Positions 1-10,411 of a stretch of DNA of 64,000 nucleotides are shown here, in pieces (position 1 is the stretch's first letter; the number at the start of each line of letters is the position of its first letter). The stretch is taken from contig CAWJSK010000012.1 in NCBI GenBank assembly GCA_963845535.1, forward strand, positions 192,001 through 256,000. The letters run 5' to 3'. The DNA is from an uncultured Spirochaetota bacterium. GTDB taxonomy: Bacteria > Spirochaetota > Spirochaetia > SZUA-6 > Fen-1364. Made by a program: the position numbers and the translations under genes. The notes beneath the pieces were generated by a model that saw only the letters and a list, made by a program, of their open reading frames with translations, made no database searches and had not been told where the DNA came from.

Positions 1-355
1 CGATCTTCACGAGCGTCTCATTCTTCCCCAGCGGCTCGAAGCTCATCTCCACGGTCGTGTCGTATCCGCCGGGATGCGGCGCAGAACCCGTGACCGGATC
101 ATACAACCCTTCGCTGGCCGCCCAGGAGAACCGGATCAGCCTGTCCCGGACGGTCTTTGTCACCTTCACCGGGACGGTCACCGCCTGTGAGCCGGTGTCA
201 CTGAAAGTCCACAGCACGGTCTTTCCTTCATCCAGCGGCCCATCCGATCCGCCGGTGGTGAAATACCCCCGCAGCTTCGCGGGATTATAGACGGCGTCGA
301 ACACCTCATGGACGGGTTTCTGAATCTTGGTCTGTACGGTGAAACGCAGCTCCAT
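1..355 (-). CDS. SRPBCC/AHSA1-domain protein (3' end runs off the window)
   Basis: Manual translation from ATG at 355: MELRFTVQTKIQKPVHEVFDAVYNPAKLRGYFTTGGSDGPLDEGKTVLWTF... AAGGAGG RBS upstream; divergent from an ArsR gene, a typical pairing. Confidence 0.8.
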   Translation of the reverse strand, partial: MELRFTVQTKIQKPVHEVFDAVYNPAKLRGYFTTGGSDGPLDEGKTVLWTFSDTGSQAVTVPVKVTKTVRDRLIRFSWAASEGLYDPVTGSAPHPGGYDTTVEMSFEPLGKNETLVKI

Positions 356-397
356 GGGAACCTCCTTGCAGCCTCTCCCCTCTCCCGAAGAAAATAT

Positions 398-413
398 GTT
401 ATAATATTATAAC
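398..413. promoter_or_regulatory. Perfect 16-bp palindrome GTTATAATATTATAAC, probable ArsR operator in the divergent promoter
   Basis: Palindrome read directly; abuts the ArsR GTG start; minus-strand TTGACA at 420-415. Confidence 0.7.
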
Positions 414-737
414 GTGTCAAGGAAAAAAAAAGATGACTTTGTCTTCAAGGCTCTCGCTGACGCCCGGCGCCGCCTCATGCTGGACCTCATGAAGGACGGC
501 CCCAGGACCACGGGGGACATATGCAGCCGCTTCCCGCGGCTCGACCGCTGCACGGTGATGCAGCACCTCGGAGTGTTGGAAAAAGCGGACCTCATCATCG
601 TGAAAAGGGACGGACGCAAGCGCTGGAACTATCTCAATCCGCTCCCCATCCGGGAGCTTCACGACCGATGGATCAGCCGCTACGCTTCCGGGGCAGTGGA
701 CCTGCTGGCGCGGATGAAGCGGGAAATTGAAACGTAA
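414..737 (+). CDS. ArsR/SmtB family transcriptional regulator
   Basis: VFKALADARRRLML...TVMQHLGVLEKADLIIVKRDGRKRWNYLN, a winged-HTH pattern. Confidence 0.9.
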   Translation: MSRKKKDDFVFKALADARRRLMLDLMKDGPRTTGDICSRFPRLDRCTVMQHLGVLEKADLIIVKRDGRKRWNYLNPLPIRELHDRWISRYASGAVDLLARMKREIET

Positions 738-740
738 GGG

Positions 741-1091
741 TCAGGCGAACCAGCTCGCGGCTCGGGCTGAGAACAGGCGCTCGGCCATCTCCCGGCGCGC
801 GTCGATTTCCATCTGGTAGGCGGCCGCTGCGACCTGGCGCAGCGCGGGGGAAGAGGCATTCGCTGAAGCGATCTGGAGAAGCATCTCCGCCTGCATGATG
901 ACCGCCTGGGGAGAAGCTGCGGAGAGACTCGATGAAGCCGCGGTAAGCCGTGATGCAATTGACGGGCCCGCCGAACGCGGCGCAGGAGCGGGCGTGCCGG
1001 TGAGGCCAGGCGAACGAGGCGCCGGTCCGCGCAACGCCTGCGGGATGGGTCGAGGTGCCGTGCGCTCTCCCGTCACGAGCGCGCCAGTCAT
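741..1091 (-). CDS. Small hypothetical protein; C-terminus resembles the SprA-related helical motif
   Basis: ORF with an Ala/Pro-rich N-terminus and ...SSPALRQVAAAAYQMEIDARREMAE; start uncertain. Confidence 0.4.
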   Translation of the reverse strand: MTGALVTGERTAPRPIPQALRGPAPRSPGLTGTPAPAPRSAGPSIASRLTAASSSLSAASPQAVIMQAEMLLQIASANASSPALRQVAAAAYQMEIDARREMAERLFSARAASWFA

Positions 1092-1246
1092 TCCGAGAGG
1101 ACTCACTGGATTCCCTCCCTACCCGAAAGTCTTCTCTACGATGAGTATACACGAACGGGCGGCAATCAACAATCGTTCGTTCGGCGCGCTCCTCGCGCTT
1201 CTGCATCCTTTGCCCGCCCCGGGTTTGTTTGTATCTTTTCTGTGAA

Positions 1247-2320
1247 ATGCGAGACATCATGGAGGACGTCCAGCGCTGGCTCGACTCGGGCGAGCAGCAT
1301 ATCGTTCTCGCGACCGTCACAAAGACCTACAACTCCGCCCCACGGGCCGCAGGCTCGAAAATGGCCATCCGCGCAGACGGCAGAATCACCGGTTCCGTCA
1401 GCGGCGGATGCGTTGAGTCGGCGGTCATCGAAGAAAGTCTGCGGATGGCCACGGGCCAGCCTCCGAGGATCCTTCACTTCGAGACAGCCGATGAGAGAGC
1501 CTGGGAGGTGGGGCTTCCCTGCGGCGGAAGCATCGATGTTCTGGTCGAGCAGTTGAACGTGCAGCACTTCCGGTTCCTGAGGGAGAAGTTGCTTCAAAAC
1601 GAGCAAGCCATCGCGGCCACCATAATCCGGGGACCCCGAGAGCTTCTTGGAGAGAAGATCGCGGTTTCCCGGTCCGGGGAGCGGCTCAGCGCGGCCCGTA
1701 CGACGCTGGCTGAGCAGCTCAGGCGCGCCGCTTCCCAGCAGACCCGCTCCGCGACGGTCGACATGGGCGACGGGTTGGAAGCCTTCGTGGACGTTTTTCC
1801 GCCGGCGACAACCCTGGTCATTGTCGGCGGGGTCCATGTTGGTGTGGCGCTGGCGCGACTGGCCAAGATCATCGGATACCGGACAGTCGTGATCGACCCT
1901 CGAAAGACCTTTGGAAACGCCGAGCGTTTCCCGGAGGTCGACCGACTCCTCCAGGTCTGGCCCGATGAGGCTTATGCGATGATGGAGCTGACGCCGGAGA
2001 CCGCCGTTTCGGTGCTCACGCATGATCCCAAGCTGGACGACCCTGCGCTCGCGGGAGCGCTGCGGAGCCAGGCGTTTTATGTCGGAGCGTTGGGAAGCGC
2101 GCGTGCCCAGGCGCAGAGGCGGAAGAGACTCCAGCAGGCGGGCTTTTCACAGGCTGAGCTTTCCCGCATCCACGGCCCCATTGGGCTCGATATTCACGCG
2201 GCGACCCCGGAAGAAATCAGCCTCTCCATCCTCTCCGAGATCGTTGCCCTCACGCGAGGGGCAGCCGCCCTGCTTTCTCAACGCGCGGCGCGACGCAGCT
2301 CCATGAGCACCATTTCCTGA
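1247..2320 (+). CDS. xdhC: XdhC/CoxI family molybdenum-cofactor maturation protein
   Basis: ATVTKTYNSAPRAAGSKM, GSVSGGCVE, GLPCGG, LTHDPKLDD, YVGALGS and GPIGLDI motifs; adjacent to a Mo-hydroxylase. Confidence 0.92.
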   Translation: MRDIMEDVQRWLDSGEQHIVLATVTKTYNSAPRAAGSKMAIRADGRITGSVSGGCVESAVIEESLRMATGQPPRILHFETADERAWEVGLPCGGSIDVLVEQLNVQHFRFLREKLLQNEQAIAATIIRGPRELLGEKIAVSRSGERLSAARTTLAEQLRRAASQQTRSATVDMGDGLEAFVDVFPPATTLVIVGGVHVGVALARLAKIIGYRTVVIDPRKTFGNAERFPEVDRLLQVWPDEAYAMMELTPETAVSVLTHDPKLDDPALAGALRSQAFYVGALGSARAQAQRRKRLQQAGFSQAELSRIHGPIGLDIHAATPEEISLSILSEIVALTRGAAALLSQRAARRSSMSTIS

Positions 2321-5076
2321 TCGATCGGCAGTCGATCCACGCGTACGCCGACGGCGTTCCAGAGGGCGTTCGTGATCGCGGGGGCGGTGGGGATGGAGAC
2401 GATCTCTCCGACACCCTTGGCCCCGAAAGGTCCGGTGGAAACCGGATGCTCAACGACAAGGGAGACGATCTCGGGGACATCACCGATGCACGGAATGCGA
2501 TACCGCGCCAGGCGGTCGGTGATCACGTTCCCGCCCTCCACGATGAAGCGCTCGGTCAAAGCGTGCCCCAACCCCATAATTGCCCCGCCTTCGATTTGCG
2601 CGCGCAGGCCGAGCGGGTTGATGACCGCCCCGACGTCGTTTGCGCTGATGATTCTCGTTACGCGCACCTGCCCTGTCAGCGTGTTGACCTCCACCTCGGC
2701 GGCCTGCGCGGCGAATGAAAAGGCAAAATGCATGTCGCCTTCTTCCCCGAGGGGCCGGGTCGAAGGCGCGCTGTAGCTCGCCGAAGCGCGAGGCGTTCGT
2801 CCCCAATCGATCATGCGTTCCGCCACCTCGAAAAAGGTGAATGACAGGTCGCCGGCGGAAACGGTCCCCTCGGAGACGCGTACGTCTTCAGCGGGCACGG
2901 CATAGCGACGCGAAAGCTCGCCGCACATCAGCGCACGGAGTGCCGCGGCGCTTTGCCGGACCGAGTTCCCCGTGACGTAGGTCTGGCGTGACGCAGTGGT
3001 TGGCCCGCCGTCCGGCGTGAGATCCGTGTCCGAAAGAAGCACGCGCACATGTTCGGGGGAAACGCCGAGCTCTTCGGCGGCGATCAGTTGGAGCACCGTA
3101 GGAAGCCCCTGGCCAAGCTCCGCCGAGGAACAACGGACTTCGAAGCTGCCGTCTCGAAGGAGCTCCACTTCCGAGGTGGCGCCGTCCGGCGCGCCTCCCC
3201 CCAAACCGGTGTTCTTGTAGGCGGCGGCAAAGCCCCACGCTCGGCGCAGATAGGGCATCCCGGGAATCTCCTTGGGGGCGAAAGGGTCGGGACCCCCGAG
3301 GCGCATCATTTCCGCTTCCACGCGGTCGATGCACTCCAGAAGGCCGACGCTTTCGCGGAGAAGCTGGCCGGTGTTGGTGACGCTTCCTGGACGCAACGCG
3401 TTGATACGCCGGAGCTCCACGGGATCAAGATGGAGCAGCTCGGCCAGCATGTCCATCGCGCTCTCGATGGCAAATGCCGATTGCAGGACGCCAAAGCCGC
3501 GAAACGCCCCGGCAGGAGGGTTGTTCGTGAACATGGCAAAACAATCCACCTTGACGTTCGGAACCGCGTACGGGCCGGATGAGTGGGTGGTGGCCCGTGT
3601 CATCACTTTCTCCCCGAGTGAAGCGTAGGCTCCGGTGTCCCCGTACAACTCGGTTTCACACGCGGTGAGTCTTCCCTCCCGCGTCGAACCGACCTTGACG
3701 CGGATCTGCGTTGCATGGCGTTTGGGATGCACCAGGAGGCTTTCGCGCCGATCGAAAAGAAGCTTCACCGGCCTCCGAGTGGCCCGAGCGAGCAAGGCGG
3801 CGTGTATCTGCCCGGCAATGTCTTCTTTGCCGCCGAAACCTCCCCCGATCAACTGGCCGACAACGCGCACCTGGCTCTCGGGAGCTCCGAGGGCGGCCGC
3901 GACCTGTCGTCGATCGTCGTAGGGGATCTGAGAACCGACGTACACCTCCATGCGTCCCTCGGACGTGGGACGGGCGATGCTGCACTCCGGTTCCAGAAAA
4001 GCATGATCGTACGAGGGGGTGTGAAAAGTATGATCGAGGACCACGTCGGCCTCCGCAAAGCCGAGCTCCACGTCCCCCTTTTTCACCTCGATGTGCTTGA
4101 GCAGGTTGCCGTTCGGATGGATGGCGGGAGCAGAGGATTGAAGCGCCTCCCGCGGACCTCTGACGACCGGCAATGGGTCGAACTCCACGTCGATCAGCGC
4201 AAGCGCCCGGCTCGCGATGTCCCGCGTCTCCGCGGCCACGAGCGCAAGGGCGTCGCCGACGGTGCGCACTTTCTCACCGGCCCCCACGAGGATGGGCCAG
4301 TCCTGCACGATGATGCCGTGGTTATGGTCTCCGGGAATGTCGGGGGCCGTGAGCACGGCGGCCACACCGGGAAGCGCTTTCGCCCGGCTGACGTCGATTT
4401 TGCGCACGACGGCAGAAGGCACCATGGCCCGCTTCACCCGGGCGTGGAGCATCCCCGGGAATGTGAGATCATCGGTATAGATCGCCTTGCCGGTGACTTT
4501 GTCGATCCCATCCATGCGCGGAACGAGCTTTCCCACCGAACGGTGCGGAATGCGGGACTGCGGAATATCAGGAGGCAGCCCGACCGGCACGCCGTCCTTG
4601 AGGGAACGGGCCGCGGCCCGAACGGCGCGAATGATCCCCGAATAGCCTCCGCATCGGCAGAGGGTGTCCTTGAGCGCTACCTTGATGTCTTCTTCGCTGG
4701 GATCGGGATTCTCGCGAAGCAGGGCGTATGCGGTCATGAGCTGCCCGGGAGTGCAGAAGCCGCACTGAACGGCGCCGTATTTCACGAACGCGTCCTGGAG
4801 CGGATGGATGCCGGTGGATGGGGGCTGCATTTTCCCCAGGCCTTCGATCGTGATCACTTCTTTTCCGGGCGCTTTGGACGCGGGATAGCCGCAGGAAAGG
4901 ACCGGCCGCCCATCCACAAGCACCGTGCAGACGCCGCACTCCAGCTCGTTACAGCCGATTTTCGTGCCGGTGAGCCGAAGCCGGGAGCGCAGCAGGTCCG
5001 CGAGCATTTCACCGGGCTGCTCGTCAAGAACGACTGTGGCGCCGTTGACGGTGAGCTTGATCGTACCGGCCATCAC
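2278..5076 (-). CDS. Xanthine dehydrogenase/aldehyde oxidoreductase family protein, 2x[2Fe-2S] domain fused to the Mo-binding domain
   Basis: GTKIGCNELECGVCTV, QCGFCTPG, CRCGGY, GGGFGGK, AFRGFG and AKGVGE motifs. Confidence 0.93.
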   Translation of the reverse strand: MMAGTIKLTVNGATVVLDEQPGEMLADLLRSRLRLTGTKIGCNELECGVCTVLVDGRPVLSCGYPASKAPGKEVITIEGLGKMQPPSTGIHPLQDAFVKYGAVQCGFCTPGQLMTAYALLRENPDPSEEDIKVALKDTLCRCGGYSGIIRAVRAAARSLKDGVPVGLPPDIPQSRIPHRSVGKLVPRMDGIDKVTGKAIYTDDLTFPGMLHARVKRAMVPSAVVRKIDVSRAKALPGVAAVLTAPDIPGDHNHGIIVQDWPILVGAGEKVRTVGDALALVAAETRDIASRALALIDVEFDPLPVVRGPREALQSSAPAIHPNGNLLKHIEVKKGDVELGFAEADVVLDHTFHTPSYDHAFLEPECSIARPTSEGRMEVYVGSQIPYDDRRQVAAALGAPESQVRVVGQLIGGGFGGKEDIAGQIHAALLARATRRPVKLLFDRRESLLVHPKRHATQIRVKVGSTREGRLTACETELYGDTGAYASLGEKVMTRATTHSSGPYAVPNVKVDCFAMFTNNPPAGAFRGFGVLQSAFAIESAMDMLAELLHLDPVELRRINALRPGSVTNTGQLLRESVGLLECIDRVEAEMMRLGGPDPFAPKEIPGMPYLRRAWGFAAAYKNTGLGGGAPDGATSEVELLRDGSFEVRCSSAELGQGLPTVLQLIAAEELGVSPEHVRVLLSDTDLTPDGGPTTASRQTYVTGNSVRQSAAALRALMCGELSRRYAVPAEDVRVSEGTVSAGDLSFTFFEVAERMIDWGRTPRASASYSAPSTRPLGEEGDMHFAFSFAAQAAEVEVNTLTGQVRVTRIISANDVGAVINPLGLRAQIEGGAIMGLGHALTERFIVEGGNVITDRLARYRIPCIGDVPEIVSLVVEHPVSTGPFGAKGVGEIVSIPTAPAITNALWNAVGVRVDRLPIDQEMVLMELRRAAR

Positions 5077-5963
5077 GCCGCCATTTCGACCATCCCGGCG
5101 CTCTCCCAGGCCCGTGCGACAATGCGCTGCAACAGGACCTCGCTCAGCAGATAGCGGTAGTCAGCGGTTGCCCGTTGAGGGCTTGTGCGCAGATGCAAGG
5201 AAGTCCTGATCATCCGGAGCATCCCCTCCGCGCTTCTCTCGTCGAGTCTCTTTCCCCGAAGGGCGTTCTCCAGCTCCGCGGCACGGAGAGGAACGGGTCC
5301 CGCGGGGGCCACGACTATCCGAATATCGTGGATGCGCTCTTCACGCCGCTCCAGCCAGACAGCGGCGTTCAGAATGGGGAGGGCCACGCCTTGCGGCCTC
5401 ATGATCCGGTCAAAAGCGGAAGACTGCCCCGCGCGGCGCGCGGGGATGTGGAAGCCGACCAGGATCTCGCGGCCGGCAGCCAGCGTTGATTCGCCTGGTC
5501 CGCGATAGAGATCGAGAAGCGGGACGAGACGGCGGCCGCGGGAGTCGGCAATCTCCACTTCAGCTCCCATGGCAACCAGCGCCGTTGTTCCGTCCGCGGC
5601 AGGCAACGCGCGCGCAACGTTGCCGCCGAGGGTGGCGGAGGTCCGCACCTGGGGCCCGCCCATCATGTCGCAGGCCTGAGCAACCGCTCGCGCATGCTCG
5701 CAGACAAGAGGGTGCTGCGGGATTTCGCGCACCGGGACCGCGGCGCCCAGGAAAAGACCTTCACCACGCAGCTCGATGCTGCGCAGCTCGGGAATTGCCG
5801 AGATGTCCACAAGCGTGTGTACGGGAGCGTGAAGACCGAGCTGCAGCTCGAGGAGGAGATCAGTCCCGCCTGCAACGGGGCAAGCCAGACCTTCCGTCTC
5901 CTGCATGACCTCGAGCGCCTCCTCAACGGAACCGGCGGGGATGTAACGTGACCAGAGACTCAT
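5073..5963 (-). CDS. FAD-binding subunit of the Mo-hydroxylase (CoxM/XdhB type)
   Basis: AGGTDL and ATLGGN..A.PAAD motifs; ATG at 5963 follows a GAAGGAGG RBS. Confidence 0.9.
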   Translation of the reverse strand: MSLWSRYIPAGSVEEALEVMQETEGLACPVAGGTDLLLELQLGLHAPVHTLVDISAIPELRSIELRGEGLFLGAAVPVREIPQHPLVCEHARAVAQACDMMGGPQVRTSATLGGNVARALPAADGTTALVAMGAEVEIADSRGRRLVPLLDLYRGPGESTLAAGREILVGFHIPARRAGQSSAFDRIMRPQGVALPILNAAVWLERREERIHDIRIVVAPAGPVPLRAAELENALRGKRLDERSAEGMLRMIRTSLHLRTSPQRATADYRYLLSEVLLQRIVARAWESAGMVEMAA

Positions 5964-6164
5964 ATCGGTGGACCTCCTTCCAGAGGATGGCGGCACTTTT
6001 CGACGGATTTCTTGATCCGACGCCGGCACGGACTCCCGTGACGACCACCGATTTTGAGAACCGCTCTAATACATTACCACTTTGGTCAGGAATTAGCAAT
6101 GCACAAATTACCCAAACACGAACGCCCATCTGGGAAGTGCACCCGCAGGCCGTCCTGGGCCTTT

Positions 6165-7442
6165 TCACCTGATGCTCTGCACGGTGTCCTTTGCGGGGTC
6201 GAAGCTGATGAATCGCTTGAATGACTGGAGAAACATGAACGGCATGCCGACAACGATTGTCACCGCGAAACACGCGCCCATGAGAAATGGGATTGGAATG
6301 AACTCCGCCAGGACACCCGCAAGGGCGAATGCCACGGGGGTCAGCCCCTGCGTCACCATTCCCATGAGGGAGAAGACCTTGCCGCGCATGTTCTGGGGAA
6401 CCGCGAGTTGCATGACAGACATGATGAAAACGTTCAACACGGCGTTCGCAAGGCCCGAGATCCCCAGAAGCGTGACGGCAACAGGAAAGCTTCCCACGAA
6501 TGGAAAGACGATCATGCAGGCAAATGAGGTGATGCCGCAGAGCTGGAACAGGAAGAATCGCAGGGACGGCCGGATCTTCACCACCGCCGTGAGGGCCATG
6601 CCGAGGAACATGCCGCCCGTGAACAACGCCATGGCAATCCCATACTTCACAGGCCCGAGTGCCGGGTTCTTCTGATAGAAGGGGAGAAAGAGCATGAAAG
6701 CCATGTTGGCGAAGAAGTTGATCACGGCGGCAATCAGGATGAGGTAGCGGAGACCGCGGATCTTCCAGACGAAGGACAAACCCTTTTTCAGATCTGTCCA
6801 GAAGTGGGCCTTTTCATGGGCGTGCTGGATCCGGGGAAACCTTGCAAAAAGCAGGTTCACAGCGGAGAACAGGTAGGACACGCCGTTGAAAAGAAAAAGG
6901 AATGGGGCGCCCAGGACCTGGAAAAGCACCCCACCCGCCGTGTTGCCAATGATACTCCCTCCCGTCTGCAGCATGCTGAAGACGGAGTTGGCCTGCACGA
7001 CTTTGGACGGCGACGTGATATCAGGGATGACGGAGCCGACTGCGGGAGTGAAGAAAGCGCCGCAAAGTCCCAGAATGATCCCAGCGGCAAAGACCATCCA
7101 CACCTGGAGAAAGCCGGCAACGGCAGCAACTCCCACAGCCACGACGGCCGCGCCTCGCGCCGAGTCCATCCAGATCATGAGCATCCGGCGGTCGGCCCTG
7201 TCGACAATGACGCCCGCCACCGGCGCGGCCAGGATGCGCGGGAGCGTGGAGGCTGCCAGCAGTCCGCCCATCAGCGCCGTGGATCCTGTGACGGCGAGCA
7301 CCCAAAAGCCCAGAGCAATCGCGTAGACAACGTCTCCGAGGACCGAGATGAGCTGGCCCTGCCACAGGAGAAAGAAGTTGAGGGTCCAGAGCGGCTCGCG
7401 TCCGCCCGTGTGCGCCCTTTGGGAATCCGCTACGTCTGCCAT
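6165..7442 (-). CDS. MFS transporter (DHA3/macrolide-efflux-like)
   Basis: About 12 hydrophobic segments; FLLWQGQLISVLGD, GVIVDRADRR and VPQNMRGKVFS. Confidence 0.9.
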   Translation of the reverse strand: MADVADSQRAHTGGREPLWTLNFFLLWQGQLISVLGDVVYAIALGFWVLAVTGSTALMGGLLAASTLPRILAAPVAGVIVDRADRRMLMIWMDSARGAAVVAVGVAAVAGFLQVWMVFAAGIILGLCGAFFTPAVGSVIPDITSPSKVVQANSVFSMLQTGGSIIGNTAGGVLFQVLGAPFLFLFNGVSYLFSAVNLLFARFPRIQHAHEKAHFWTDLKKGLSFVWKIRGLRYLILIAAVINFFANMAFMLFLPFYQKNPALGPVKYGIAMALFTGGMFLGMALTAVVKIRPSLRFFLFQLCGITSFACMIVFPFVGSFPVAVTLLGISGLANAVLNVFIMSVMQLAVPQNMRGKVFSLMGMVTQGLTPVAFALAGVLAEFIPIPFLMGACFAVTIVVGMPFMFLQSFKRFISFDPAKDTVQSIR

Positions 7443-7454
7443 GGCGACCCCGCC

Positions 7455-8540
7455 TCAGACGGTCTTCTCTGCCAGGAGGTCCCGCACCCGGTCCCTGTTG
7501 TTCCAGAGAGCGCAGCCGGTGGAAGTCTCGGCAAAGAGGTCGTGATTCTGCCGCATCACCGCGAGGAACCGGGACTGAAGCGCTTCCTTCAACGGCATGC
7601 GGCTCACGTTGGCGTCAGAATACGCGGCAAACGGACAGGGTTCGAGGTCCCCCGTGGCGCTGATGTGCACGAACCCCCGCCCCGACGCAAGACAACCTCC
7701 CTGCTCCTCCTCATCCCATGGCACCGCAATGAAGACGGCTTTGAACCGACTGCGAAAGGATGAAACGAGGTCCTTCATCTCATCCCGCTGCGCATCCGTG
7801 ATGACCCATTCCTCCGTTCCCTCCCTGATGGGGGTGTATTCCAGGAAGAGGAAGAGCCGGCAGCCTTCCTTGATGGCGCTCTCGATGAAGTGCGGGTCAG
7901 TGACCGTGGCAAAGTTGTCTCTGGTGATCGTCAGCGAAAGGCTGAAGAAAATGCCGGCGCGCCTCAGCGCCTCCATCCTGCTTTGCAGCCGGGCATGCAC
8001 CCCCGCGCCCCTCCTGCCGTCGGTTTCCGTTTCGTTGCCCTCTATGCTCAGGACTGGCACCGTGTTGGGCTGGTCCCTGAGGCGCCGCACAAGCTTCTCA
8101 TCCAGCAGAAGGCCGTTCGTCACCAGGAGAAAAATCACGCGGCGGAAATCCCGTGTGATGTCGACGATCTCAGGCCGGACAAGCGGCTCCCCGCCGGCAA
8201 TCACGAAAAAAGACACTCCGAGATCCTCAGCCTGCGACACGATGCCTCGGAGCGCTTCCGCTGACAGCTCCTCCTGGGTCTCTCCGCGGATGGCCTGGGC
8301 GTAGCAACCCTTGCAGTGCAGATTGCACCTGTTGGTGATGCTGAAGATGGCGATGGGAGGGACCGTCACTCCTTCCCGGGCCTCTGCTGCGCGACGGCGG
8401 GCGGCCCTGCCCTGCCACAGCACGGTCCGCGCGAAAAACAGCGCCTGAGACGGGTGGCGCAGGCTCACGCGGACAAACTCGGAGAAGAAGAGGCGCAGAC
8501 CCTGGTTGAGGTGCGCAGTAGCGGACATTTTTCGAGCCAT
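7455..8540 (-). CDS. Radical SAM protein with SPASM/twitch domain
   Basis: CNLHCKGC (CxxxCxxC), GGEP, GGCLASGRGFVHISATGDLEPCPF; start uncertain. Confidence 0.88.
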   Translation of the reverse strand: MARKMSATAHLNQGLRLFFSEFVRVSLRHPSQALFFARTVLWQGRAARRRAAEAREGVTVPPIAIFSITNRCNLHCKGCYAQAIRGETQEELSAEALRGIVSQAEDLGVSFFVIAGGEPLVRPEIVDITRDFRRVIFLLVTNGLLLDEKLVRRLRDQPNTVPVLSIEGNETETDGRRGAGVHARLQSRMEALRRAGIFFSLSLTITRDNFATVTDPHFIESAIKEGCRLFLFLEYTPIREGTEEWVITDAQRDEMKDLVSSFRSRFKAVFIAVPWDEEEQGGCLASGRGFVHISATGDLEPCPFAAYSDANVSRMPLKEALQSRFLAVMRQNHDLFAETSTGCALWNNRDRVRDLLAEKTV

Positions 8541-8681
8541 TGAACGGCAATCTCCTGCTGCGATGATTTGGGACGCCGGCCAGCGTAGCACGAATGGCGT
8601 CCCTTGAGAATGGAACACCGTGCGTCCAGCTTTTTGTCCCGGGAATAATGGTCAGGCTGACTCCAACAGCGGCGCGTTTTC

Positions 8682-9320
8682 CTATATTGATTGCCAGACG
8701 GCGCTTATCATTTGGCACGTTGCCTCCAGGTCGCGCGCCATTCGAGCTCCTGTCCGAGCCCCCTTGTGAATCTTATTCCTAGGCACGTCCACATACAGGA
8801 CCGACGAGCTCGGAAGACCAAGCCCTGAGTCCTCCGCTGCCTGAAACATCACCTGTGACAGAATCTTTACGAGTCGGTCTGATGGCGCATTCTTTCCGAA
8901 TTCAAACTTGATGATCTTTTCGGCGCCCTTTTCCCTAACGTGCAAGTCCGGGGCGACAGTAATGGTCACGTCATCAACGGTATAGTGCAGTGTAAGGTCA
9001 CCCAGAACCTCGTACTCGCGGTGTGCAAAGTGCTGTCGATATTGCGTGAGGGCTCGGGCGTTGTGGCCCAGACGAACCCGCGTCTGTCCCGAATTTCCTG
9101 CCGCGAGGGTTGCAATGCCATTGGCCTGCGCATCCAGCCAGCCGGGCTCCTCTCCATGCTTGTGATAGGCCGCAATTCGGTCGCGTGCTTCTCTGTAGTA
9201 GACGATCTTCGCGCGGGCCTCATCTTCGTCAGGATGTTTGTACTGCCACAAGATGGTTCTTTGCTTGGCGGGACCGGCGCTCATGAAGTCGGCGAAACCT
9301 TTGAGAGACAACTTGATCAT
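8682..9320 (-). CDS. Hypothetical protein, possible PD-(D/E)XK-like fold
   Basis: 212-aa ORF with GAGGAG RBS; VAPDLHVREKGAEKIIKFEF motif; first gene of the lower-GC island. Confidence 0.65.
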   Translation of the reverse strand: MIKLSLKGFADFMSAGPAKQRTILWQYKHPDEDEARAKIVYYREARDRIAAYHKHGEEPGWLDAQANGIATLAAGNSGQTRVRLGHNARALTQYRQHFAHREYEVLGDLTLHYTVDDVTITVAPDLHVREKGAEKIIKFEFGKNAPSDRLVKILSQVMFQAAEDSGLGLPSSSVLYVDVPRNKIHKGARTGARMARDLEATCQMISAVWQSI

Positions 9321-9441
9321 AAATACACTCCTCGAACTTTTTCGATCCGCACCTGATCATCAGCCGGCTTCGGCGAGGAGTTCCATACAAATTGATATAG
9401 AGGCCCTGCCGCAAATGCCCTGCGTCGCTGTGGCGTCTTCC

Positions 9442-10179
9442 CTACTTGCGCCAGCTGTATCGGATGGGATTCGCAGCTCCGCGCGGACGGAACTTATCTG
9501 GTACACGCTTGCCCACGTAGAGCTGCCTGATCTCTGCGGGAGCCTCGCGCCCAACGAACCCAAGGCGTCCTGGCCTGTCCTCCCTTCCGGGGAAATTGTC
9601 TGCCGTGGCCTCCAGCCAATCAGTAGCCATGAATGCGCCGACGATTAGGCCTCGCTCGGTTGCCAGGATCACATCGGCCTCCTTGGCTTTGGACACGCTG
9701 ATCTTCCAGGCGTAGCGAGTAGCCTCGTAGAGTGACCTTTCCGAGGCAGACCGGTTGACGTTGATCATCAGCGCTTTGTGTTGAAACACTGCCGGCTCGG
9801 CAGAGTAGCGCGTGATGATCTCTTTCGCGTGCATGGCTCCATAGTCGTTGCTTCCGGATCCACCGACCTCGTTGGTCAATCCAGGGAACGCATCGATGAG
9901 AGCCGCTTCAACTTCAAAGGCCGTCCGGTCGTCCAAGCCGTGTCGGTGTATGACATGCGCTACTTCAAAACCGGCACGGCGAATTTCTCGAATCCGTTTC
10001 AGCTTGTTGTCGAGCTCGTCGCCTTCGACCTTCTCGTGGATGTGAGAGAAGACGCGGTTGCCCTTTCCCTTCCCGACATAGAAGGCCTCACCGTTCCGTG
10101 GATCGATGAGCCGATACACGTATGTCTTCAGCTTGGAGGCCACACCTGGGGGGAAGGACTCGATTTCCTGCTTACTCAT
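9442..10179 (-). CDS. GIY-YIG (LEM-3-like) nuclease domain protein
   Basis: [27 protein letters not shown]...[10 protein letters not shown]...LTN. Confidence 0.85.
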   Translation of the reverse strand: MSKQEIESFPPGVASKLKTYVYRLIDPRNGEAFYVGKGKGNRVFSHIHEKVEGDELDNKLKRIREIRRAGFEVAHVIHRHGLDDRTAFEVEAALIDAFPGLTNEVGGSGSNDYGAMHAKEIITRYSAEPAVFQHKALMINVNRSASERSLYEATRYAWKISVSKAKEADVILATERGLIVGAFMATDWLEATADNFPGREDRPGRLGFVGREAPAEIRQLYVGKRVPDKFRPRGAANPIRYSWRK

Positions 10180-10247
10180 CCGATTTCTCTCCGTGTCCTG
10201 GCGCTTCAAGGCAGAGCATACAGGGCGGCAGGGCTCGTTTCCACACT

Positions 10248-10272
10248 GGGGGACGCTACGGGCTTCCCTCGC
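10248..10272 (+). repeat. 25-bp core of the island repeat (GGGGGACGCTACGGGCTTCCCTCGC)
   Basis: Identical to 11866-11890. Confidence 0.9.
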
Positions 10273-10411
10273 GAGCGCCTGCAGTATCTTGAATCGGTGG
10301 CCAGCTCCTGCGAGTATCTTGGTAAGGAGGAAGTATGAAGCTTAGCGGTTTGGCCTTGAGTCTGCTAAAAGACGCTGCGCAAGATCCCCAAGGCGTGATT
10401 CTTAGAATCTA

